Position numbers and translations under genes: made by a program
Part shown: positions 1 to 10,625 of the stretch, in pieces
Position numbering within the stretch: position 1 is the stretch's first letter
How the letters are laid out: the number at the start of each line of letters is the position of its first letter
Notes under the pieces: model-generated
What the model saw: only the letters and a program-made list of their open reading frames with translations
The model's database searches: none
What the model was told of the DNA's origin: nothing
From: Balamuthia mandrillaris
Taxonomy: Eukaryota
Assembly (NCBI GenBank): GCA_031835245.2
Contig: JAVKOQ020000024.1
Span: forward strand, 310,001-340,629
Length of the DNA: 30,629 nt
Direction of reading: 5' to 3'

Positions 1-1702
1 TTGCGGTACTATCAACACCTTGTGTGTTCTGGTGGGTGGAGTGAATAATCAGTAAACATAAACTAGAGGGAGAGGGAGAGAACTAAATGAGAAAGAAAAG
101 ACAGGCACGTACAAGACATAGATTGGTGTGAACTAAAACAGTTTCATCCGAGTCAGGCTTGGGAAGAGTACTGGGCAAAAGCCGGAAAAGCAAGGTTGTA
201 GTTTGCTTGGGTCCAATGGTCATGTCCTGCATTACGCGCGTGGAATCCTCTTGCGAGGAGTCTCGCTGAGTGGTTAAGGATTGAGCAAGTGCATCCTCCT
301 GGTAGGTCAAAGGCGTCAACGTCCAATAGGCAGAAATGAGGGAAATTTGAAGGCAACGAAAGAAGCAGGCCGTGCCGTCATTTACGTTGGCGAGATCCAG
401 CCCAAGCACGTAGGAGTTCACATCGGCAACGCTTTCCTTGACAAAGGAAGTCAATTGCAGCGAGGGTTTGACTTGAAAGGTTTCCGAAACTTTGGCGAGA
501 CGGTACTTCATTTCTGGGTTTTCCTTGATGGGTTCGTAGTAAAAGAGGAAGCGGAAGGCATGCCCTCCCGTGACTGCACCACGAACCCAAACAGGCACCG
601 TAACGGTGGCCCCAGGAGCCAACCCTTGCAGATATGGTAGCTCTATAATGCTAGGGTCAGTCAGTTGCCCTACAATAGAGGGTCCATTAATACTTCCATC
701 GGATCCTTCATTTCGCCCTGGCGTTGATAGCTTGTACTTGAAGGAGGGGTTGGGATGAAGCTGACTTTCTGTGGACGTGAAGCCATCCTCTTCTTGCTCC
801 TCCTCTTCCTTCTTTGTCTTACCGGTAGTCCACACATCTCCAAAAGGTAGCAGAGGAAGTGATCCATTGCCATCTGCCTGACTGGTCGCGGTGGAGGCAG
901 AAGAGGATGCTGCTGAACCAGAAACTACAGAGTCGTTTGGTGTGCCTAAAACAAAAAAGTGAGGGTGTGATAGCTTCACTTTGGCATTTTGCAGCGGCAT
1001 TTGGCCCTTGTTGCTGATTGTAAGGTCTAGCCGCCGCAGCTCTCCTTGTAGCATATAGTTGGGAAAGTGAGCAAAAGAAACCTGCAATAGTGGCATTGGC
1101 CGGGTCACCCGTATGCTCAACTGGTAACTTTCTCCGTCTGCACTAGAAGCTGAGGACTCAGCATTAGCTGCCCCCGAATTTTCCGTAGGAGAGGGTCCCG
1201 ATGTTGTTTGGGAGGCAGCCATGGCTATGTTGCGCCAGCTGCGGGGAAGTTTAAAGTATTGCTGTCCCCACACTAGACCGCACAGGTAGAATCCTATTCC
1301 TTTGATGTGTAGCGTCCCTCGCTTTAATGCTACCACCGGGAACAATAGCTACAACATTTAAATCATTTGGAAAAGAAAAATGTCGTGAGCGTTGACCACA
1401 AAGAGGGACAGGAATTAGTTGGCAGCACGTACCTTTTTCTTCTCTCCAGGTCGCAACACCAAGTCAAAAGGCTCAACCTCAAAGGCAACCTCGCCGCCAC
1501 TTTCCTCATCAGAGGGTTGCGCAGACGGAGTCGAGGGAAGTTCATGCTCGCATACCAATTGCAGCTGAGTAAATTGGATAGGCACCTGGAGAGGGTTTCT
1601 TACTTCTACTTCAACATAAATATATTCTACATTATAGTTGGGGTGGTATAATGGGTGGAGGCAAGAAGTTGGGGTGAGCACATGAAATGGTAATGTACAG
1701 AG

Positions 1703-1740
<38 letters not shown>

Positions 1741-4287
1741 TATGTAGGCACCTTCCACAACAGAAATGAGCTGACTGTCTAAAGAGGCCGAACCAGCAGC
1801 AGCAGCAAGAGCTTTCTTCCGTGCTTTTAGATCGCTACCAAATAGCAAGTCCTCAGTCATGGCCTGCCACTCACGAGTTTGAAGAGGCTGGTTGGCACTG
1901 TCAAAGTTGGTGAGGTAAACGCGGATAGAATTGCTGTTGATATAGGGGACGGGGAGATCAGATGCCGCCAAATGAGACTGTCCAGTTGTTGATGGTCCTG
2001 CGTGTGAAGAAGAAGAGGAAGAGAGAATAGTTGCATCAGATTGTTGGGAGGTAGTGGGAGCAGAGGTGGTAGTTTGCTTTGCCGCCATCAAGAACTGTTC
2101 TTGAAGGCGACGCCGTTCTAATGCTTCTTGGTATATGTGAAGAAACTCTCGGAGATAGGAGTTCTGTATGTGAGCTGGTTGATTGCTGTGCTGCAGTAGC
2201 CTTTTCATGAACGTAAGGGAATCTTCTACATCCCCTAATAGGAATTGATATCGCCCTAGCTTGAAATGAAGGGTATCTTCGATTAGACTCCATCCGCGTT
2301 CCTCGTAGACGCCGTAAGCTGTGTTACAACATCTCACCGCATGTTTCAGCTGTTGTACTGCTGCAAAATGTTCTGCTGCAGTTACCAAATGGTATGCAAA
2401 CCGCCGAAAGCTGTTCCCGTCATGCCGTCGTGTTTTGTTAAATTATTGGTTTAGAGAGATACAGAGAAAGAGAAACGACGAAAGAGAAAGAGAGAGTTAC
2501 CCTGGCGGTTGCGTGTAGAGGTGGCAAAAGGCAGCCTGTTCTTCCAAAAGGGCAGTACATAGATAAGTATTGTTGCTGTTGTAGGAGGACACCTGCTGCT
2601 GAGCCCAAGAGAGAGCATAATGCAGGGCCACGCAGCACCGCTTAAGGGTAAGAGAGGCATCATAGAAGGCCTGCTTACTCTTCAAAGTTTCAACAAGAAA
2701 AAGAGCACAGCGAACCATGTAAGGTCCTGCAATGTTGCAACGCTGATAACCAAGGAATGCCTGCTCCAAATTGCTTTCAACTTGCCTGGCTGTGGTTGTG
2801 TGTTGCATCTGAATACATAATGCGGTCATTTCGAGGACACCAGCATAACTGCGTTGCGCCAATGGGTCCTTCAAGGACTTGTACTCTATGCCCAATAGCT
2901 GTTTTTGGTGTAGTTTGGTAATGTTTAGTATTTTATGATTTCGAAATGAGGTGGAAAACGAATAGGGAACAGCGCAGGAAGCTAACCCGATAGTTTTCTT
3001 TGGCAAGGTCATACATGCCACACATGAACTGAAGGTCAGCTAGCTGGCGAACGGTCTTGTTGATGACATCCTGCTCCGTTTCAGCAGAGCCGGAGGAAGT
3101 ACCATGGCGAGTGGGTGGAGAAGCAGTCTTGGCTTTGGATCGTCCAAATTTGATGTTCAGAAGGGAGCTGACTTGAAAGCCAATACCTTTACGAGTCTGA
3201 GAGAGCTGCTCCTCGAGGCGCTGCATGACACCTTGCAAGTGCGGGACCACTGTTTTAATCGTGAGAGTGGAGACCCATTGTTGCAGTTCAGCCCAATCCT
3301 GCTGTGCCAGCAGAGTCCCATCCTCGTTTCTTTGTGCATCAGGCAATGAGTTCAGCTTCAGCAGATGACAATCTTTGCCAAAAGTTGTGCGAAGGTTGCT
3401 TATCGCTGTTTCTGCCCTGCACACATACGAGAATGGAATTAGAGATGGTAAGTATATAAAGACTGCGGTAGTGCCAAGATGTATAAAGTACGGACTGGCT
3501 TGTAGCAAAGTCTCTGGAGTCATGCAAAAGGAGATGAAACTTTGAGATGTTTGGATCACTAAATCCTCCTTGAAAGAGTGGTGGTGCTCCTTGTGGAGAG
3601 TACAGCTTCAGGAATGTGTTAGTGTGGTCCGCCTCCGCTGATGATATTGCGAAAACACCTTTTTCATACAGAATTGAGTAGGCCATGTTTAGTTCAGGGA
3701 GAGCAGAGAGAGCAGAGAAAGGAAAGAGAGCAGAGAAAGGACGAACAGGCAATAGGATAGTCGAAGTATTCATGGTGGTCGTGAAAACCGATCGAGTTAA
3801 GAAAGTGTTTACGGTAATTAATAAACCAAGGTGTTGGCTCCTGCCCTTTGCCGGCTGCATGCATCAGAATAGAGCATTGTAGCCGTGAGCAACAGCTTGT
3901 TAATAGAGAGTGAGAGAAAGAGAGAGAACCTTTGATAAAGAATGGCACATCAGTGCGATCCCTGATCTTGTAAAAGCTACCTTCGCCGTAGTGGTCAAGG
4001 TCAGCAGCACTTCTGTCGGCCACAATATCAAACAGCTCTTGAGCGATGACCTCTCTACTCTTGGAGTAGTGAGAGAGTTCGACGAAGCGGAACTGAAAGT
4101 CCCTGGGTTGGTAGACCTTATCGTTGGCGGCTTTGATGGAGGCTTGCAGGGGAGGGAACGGCACACAGTCCAACAGCTCCACGAGGGTGCGGTTGTTCCT
4201 GGCACACAGCTTCTCCGCTTCCTCGCTGCAAATCACCAGCACTACTGGCACAAAGGTCCTCCGTATGAGGTCGCACACTGGTTCCAT
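1..4287 (-). CDS. TRAPPC8: Trafficking protein particle complex subunit 8 (Trs85), multi-exon, 3' end outside the window
   Basis: ATG at 4287 gives MEPVCDLIRRTFVPVVLVICSEEAEKLCARNNRTLVELL, similar to the TRAPPC8 N-terminus. Family motifs: TPWF, HEYFDYPIAC, RQLADLQFM, ALLEEQAAFC, RRFAYHLVTA, GWSLIEDTLHFKLGR, YLREFL, NPLQVPI, GELRRL, FLFYYE. ORF pieces join through short GT-AG introns in consistent phase. Confidence 0.9.
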
Positions 4288-4715
4288 CGTTTCGGAAGTG
4301 TAGCTAAGCGCCTTCACCAAGCAAACAGGCAACCAACTAGTTCTTCGGTGGCACCAACAACTACCAAACACAGAGAAGGAAGAGCCGCGGTGGTTCGGTA
4401 GCAGAGGATCTAAGGCCAGAAAGAAAGAGGCGCCTCTTTCTTCACGCTTGCTTGCGCAAGTGTGTAGAACCTCTCTTCCCCCCCTTTTTTTTTTGTGTGT
4501 GTGCGTGGTTGGAGGAGATATGACCCCTCCAGCAGCAACCAAAAAAATGGCCAAACTCTTCTTTCTTTCTGGCCTTAGATCCTCTATCCTCTCTCTTCTC
4601 CGCCGCAGCAGCAATCATCGCGCTGCTGCTGCTGCTGCTGGAGAAACTTCAAAAAAGAAAGAAAGAAAGAAAGAACAAATAAGAGGTCAAAGACCTCATC
4701 TCATCACAACAACAC

Positions 4716-4932
4716 ATGTTGTCGCAGCTGTCTAACCTGCTGGGTCTGGAGCGAACGGGCTTACCACAACCAAAAACACACAGGTTCGTTGCTCTCTTGG
4801 GTTGTTGCTTGGCTTGCTTCGAGGTTTGACACTAATAGCCCTTCCTTTTCTTTTGGTTCACAACCCTCTGCTCAGCCTCTCTCCTTCTCTTTCTCGGTTA
4901 TCGGAGGAGCACGTGCGGGTCATCGTGCGTGT

Positions 4933-4967
<35 letters not shown>

Positions 4968-5776
4968 CTCGCTCTGCTGCTCCTCTCGCTGACGCCTGTG
5001 TGAACCTCTGCCGGTTTTTGCACCGGGTTGGCTGCATTTCTAACAACGCTGGCCATTCACACACAATGCAACTAAACAAACAGGTATATCAAGAAGGAGA
5101 CAGCAAAAACAACACGCTTCTCTTTGACTCTCACCAACAACAGACCACCACCGCCGACACCTCCCATAAAGACAAGTCACGGGGCAAGCCAACCGCCACC
5201 ACTTCGCATTCCTTTCCCTCTTTTCACGCTTATTCCCATGCTGTTTCTCCTTCTGCTCTGCCCTCCTCTCCTTCCCCTACCTCACATAAGGCCCGCCAAG
5301 CAAAGGTAATTCTCGTCTCTTCGTTGTTCTCCTCTTCTTTCTTGGCTATACTGTCTCTTCTCTCTCCCTTCCTAACCTCCTCGGTTCTGACGGGTGGTAT
5401 TTGTCATCTGAAGCTGCCCCCATGGTTGAGTGAAATGATGTTCGGAACAATGCCAATGGTATTCCTCGGCACTAACACGAAGTTGCATTTCATTTACAAC
5501 CCTCCTTCGCCAGATGCTACCTCTAGTTCCTCTTCCTCTGCTTCTTCTTCACGCTCTTCCTTTTCATCCTACGCTCCTCTTTCCACATCTACGATGCCAG
5601 GGCCGCAACCGCTCTCTCCCAGCAAGATATTGCTCACCAAAATAATCGCCTTTAGAGCTGCTGCTGCAACTGCTGCTGAGCCTCTTCATAACCACTCAGC
5701 TCAGCATCTCCACCAACATCGTTTACGCAGCCGAAGTGTACGTTTGCTTCTAACCGTTGAGTTTGGTTCAGCAAAA

Positions 5777-5807
<31 letters not shown>

Positions 5808-8038
5808 GAGAGAGAGAGAAGAGAAGAGAGAGAGAGAGAAGAGAGAGAGGAGAGAGAAGAGGAGAAGGGAGAGCACTGCAAAATGTTTGCTTGATTAAAT
5901 GCTCATTACTTGGAACCAGTTTCAACGCAGTGGCCACGGCGAAGAAAGGAGGAAGATCAAATTTTGTCTGGGAGTGTTCTTCTACATCCCAGAGGAGATT
6001 CCCTGTTTGAAGAGACTTATTTTGTCTCACTTTCCCATTTTGAACCATCACGCCAACAAACTGTTGAGTTCTCTGAAGGCCCGCTTGTGTGAGGAGGTCG
6101 CGAACGATTTTCGTCCTTTCAATAGTGAGGTATCAACATTTTACATTCTTATCACCCATTTGGTGTCTTAATTTTCCGGATCTGCAGAGTACGGGCAGTG
6201 GAGAAATATTGGTACCATCTGTCCCTCTGCTTGGGGTCTATGCTCTACAACAAGACCCAAAGATAACCTTCTCGGTCAGGTCTTACCAGCGGGCTTTCTG
6301 TGCACTGTTTGCCACCCCGCGGCTTCAAGTACCGTCGATAAATCTTTTCCCTCTCTTCTCTCTTCTCTCTTCTCTCTTCTCTCTTCTCTCTTCTCTCTTC
6401 TCTCTTCTCTCTTCTCTCTTCTCTCTCTTCTAACCACGCAATGAAGGATCCGTTATGGGCGGCCATCACAAGTCACAACGGTTGTGAGGAGCGGTTTAGT
6501 CAAAGCCTGGTGAAAGCCCTGCAAGAGCTGCACGACATGTGTGACAATTCCAAAAACAACTTCTTCCTCACCATGCTCATTACATCCCTGCTTTCAAACC
6601 ATCTTTCTTGGCTAACATCCATTTCCTCGCCCACTAGCCAAGCTCCCTCTCCCTCCTCACCTTCATCCCCAATCTTAACTCTGGAGTCACCACACAAGGA
6701 ATACGCCAACGGTACCATAGCTCATCAGCTCGACACTCTAAACGGTAGCTTTGGCAAGTGTACCAAGGCTACACGATTGATCATTGTGGGCAGTGATGAG
6801 CCTCTTATTAAGGCCCTCTTATTCGTGCTTACCTATTTTATTCGAGGCCACGACCTCACTGCTGTGTCGCGGCAACCTTGCTCTCCTACCTGCTTGTACT
6901 CCAACCGCAGCATCGAACACCTTTGCTCCTTATCTCCTTCTTCTCTTCCTCACCCTATAACCACCACAACTGCTACACCAACCTCTACCTCTCAAGAAAC
7001 TTCAGGAACAACATATAAGGGATTAAAAACCTGTGAATTAAGTGCGAATTGCAAGCTTGATGTGGTTCTAATGCCCGACAACGGAGGAGAGGACCACTTA
7101 TCCAATGGACACCAGAAAGCAGAAAGCAACAACACCAATGGCAACTCTAACAGAGGGAGGAGCAGTAGCGTCAGTGCTGCGAAGACAAAGCATCTACAGG
7201 ACGCTTCCTGCAGTTGTCTTTTTCGGTCTCTCTGTGCTGCCTACTCGAAACTAGGCTATTCCAGCGACTTTACATTGTTAGGTATTGCCGCAACCAAGAA
7301 TGAGGAGGCTCATGCCATCGCCTCTTCAGCTCAAATAGCAAAGGCTGATGCGAACTCGATGGACCATCACAGCTGGTTTCCAGCATTAGTAGACGACTTA
7401 AGGTCACAAGTTGCTCATCCTTTGCTGCCCTCCTCTCAAGCGCGAGCCACCGTTCGCTCCTCCTCCTGTATAATAGCCGACACTAACTCCTGGACCTGTA
7501 ACCTTGTAACTTATAATCCCTGGAATCTCACGAGGCAGCCCTTCAAATGGTTGTGGCCTCCCTCCTCTCCTCTCCCACGTTGCAGCCCATGACTTATAAC
7601 GATTGTCAAAGCAGGAAGGGCCGTGAATATAGGGGTGTGTTTGTTGACACAGTGGCCCACTCACAGTTTCTTCACTCTGTCATGTGGACCATCAGTGAGT
7701 TTCACAAAACAGGGTTATCCTCAGAGGCGTGTCTTCTCTACGTAGAAGACAAATTGCAGGAGCTATATGCGCATAGCAACGTGTTGTTGGAGTTCATTGG
7801 AAGCCAACAGTTACCAGAGACCTCATCTGCCCCTAGTGCCTCTGCCAGCGGCAGTATGAGTGGCGCGCCTCCAATGGTGACCTTGTCAGACATGTCAACA
7901 GCACTTGGCTTTGGGCTTGGTGACCTCATTCTTCTTCTTTCCATTGCTTGCACAAAAAACCCATCCATAGTGGACGCACTCCACCCTGTTGATATCTTGC
8001 GGGAGGGTACTCTCAACAACATCCTTCCTGTCTCTTGA
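4716..8038 (+). CDS. FNIP: Folliculin-interacting protein (FNIP/Lst4 family), multi-exon
   Basis: Spliced N-terminus MLSQLSNLLG...VRVI|VYQEGDSKNNTLLFDS. FNIP motifs: LSEMMFGTMPM..GTNTKLH, SHFPILNHHANKL, TPRL.DPLW, FLTMLITSLLSNHLSW, LLFVLTYFIR, CIIADTNSWT, LYVEDKLQELY. Stop at 8036-8038. The last intron is inferred at 7506-7585. Confidence 0.88.
5778..5872. repeat. (AG)n microsatellite in a FNIP intron; similar tracts at ~1706, 4934, 6351, 8083, 8499 and (CCTT)n at ~10407
   Basis: Simple repeats seen directly. Confidence 0.95.
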
Positions 8039-8129
8039 ATAGATATTTTGTTAACAAAATAGCCGTAAAGGCCTATTTCTGTTGAGAGAGAGAGAGAGAG
8101 AGAGAGAGTGAGAAAGAGAACAAGCTGTT

Positions 8130-9775
<1,646 letters not shown>

Positions 9776-10036
9776 CTCTCCGACCTGCAGCAGAGAGAAA
9801 CCGGTGCAAAACGAAGCAGGTTTGTTTGTTTGTTTGGCAAAGAGGCACGCCGCAGCCCACAACAGGAGCCAGCATGACGTCATGCGTCAATGAGGGGCCA
9901 AACACCACCGTGTCCTTGTAGCAACCCCTCAGGCGTAAAAAGGGAAAAGCGCTAATACAAAAAAAAAAATACATTTCTCCGCTAATCGCCGCAGCAGCGC
10001 TCAACTCTCTTCTCTGCTGTTTTGTAGTTAGTTACG

Positions 10037-10309
10037 ATGGTAAGCACAGCCCTCCCCCTTCATCCTGGCGTGATGATTAACGAAGCCCCGCTAATACTCT
10101 TTCTTTATCAGGCGCGCTGGACCACATACTACCTTTCGCCATTCCGTCAGAGGCTCTTCCACGGGTTCTTTTCCACAATGTTGCCCCGCTACACAAAGAA
10201 GGTCAAGACGAACGCTCCCATCGTCGCTCCTGCCTTTATCACTGGTGTATACATCTACAACTGGGCGCTTTCGGCGAACAAGGAGTACCACCGGTCCCAC
10301 TGGTATTGA
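10037..10309 (+). CDS. QCR8: Cytochrome bc1 complex subunit 8 (QCR8/UQCRQ), 66 aa after splicing
   Basis: ATG|gtaagc intron 10040-10111 ...tatcag|GCG gives MARWTTYYLSPFRQRLFHG...PAFITGVYIYNWA. The Y.LSPF.Q motif, single TM helix and small size fit UcrQ. Confidence 0.8.
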   Translation: MVSTALPLHPGVMINEAPLILFLYQARWTTYYLSPFRQRLFHGFFSTMLPRYTKKVKTNAPIVAPAFITGVYIYNWALSANKEYHRSHWY

Positions 10310-10625
10310 ACTAAGACGTTGGCAATTGTTTCCTTGTTCGTTGTGCTCTGCCACGTTTACACCCAACAAAAAAAAAGAATTTTTTTTTCAAAACCAAAAC
10401 GCACCCCTTCCTTCCTTCCTCCCTTCCTTCCTCCCTTCCTTCCGTTCTCCCTTCCCTCCCTCCCTCCCTTCCTTCCTTCCTTGACAAAAAGAAGAAAGCT
10501 CTCTCTTGCGCCAATTAAAAACAAATTGAAAACCAGTAAACGACAGGGTGGGTGGGTGGGTGGGGGAAGAACAAAGACGCTTAGAGAGAAAAAAGAGCCA
10601 ACAACAGAAACTTGGAGAAGCAGGC

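Noticed and set aside
4288..6469. Long N-terminal ORF extensions and ER/SL-repeat ORFs
   Set aside because: Read-through of UTRs, introns and (AG/CT)n microsatellites rather than real coding sequence.
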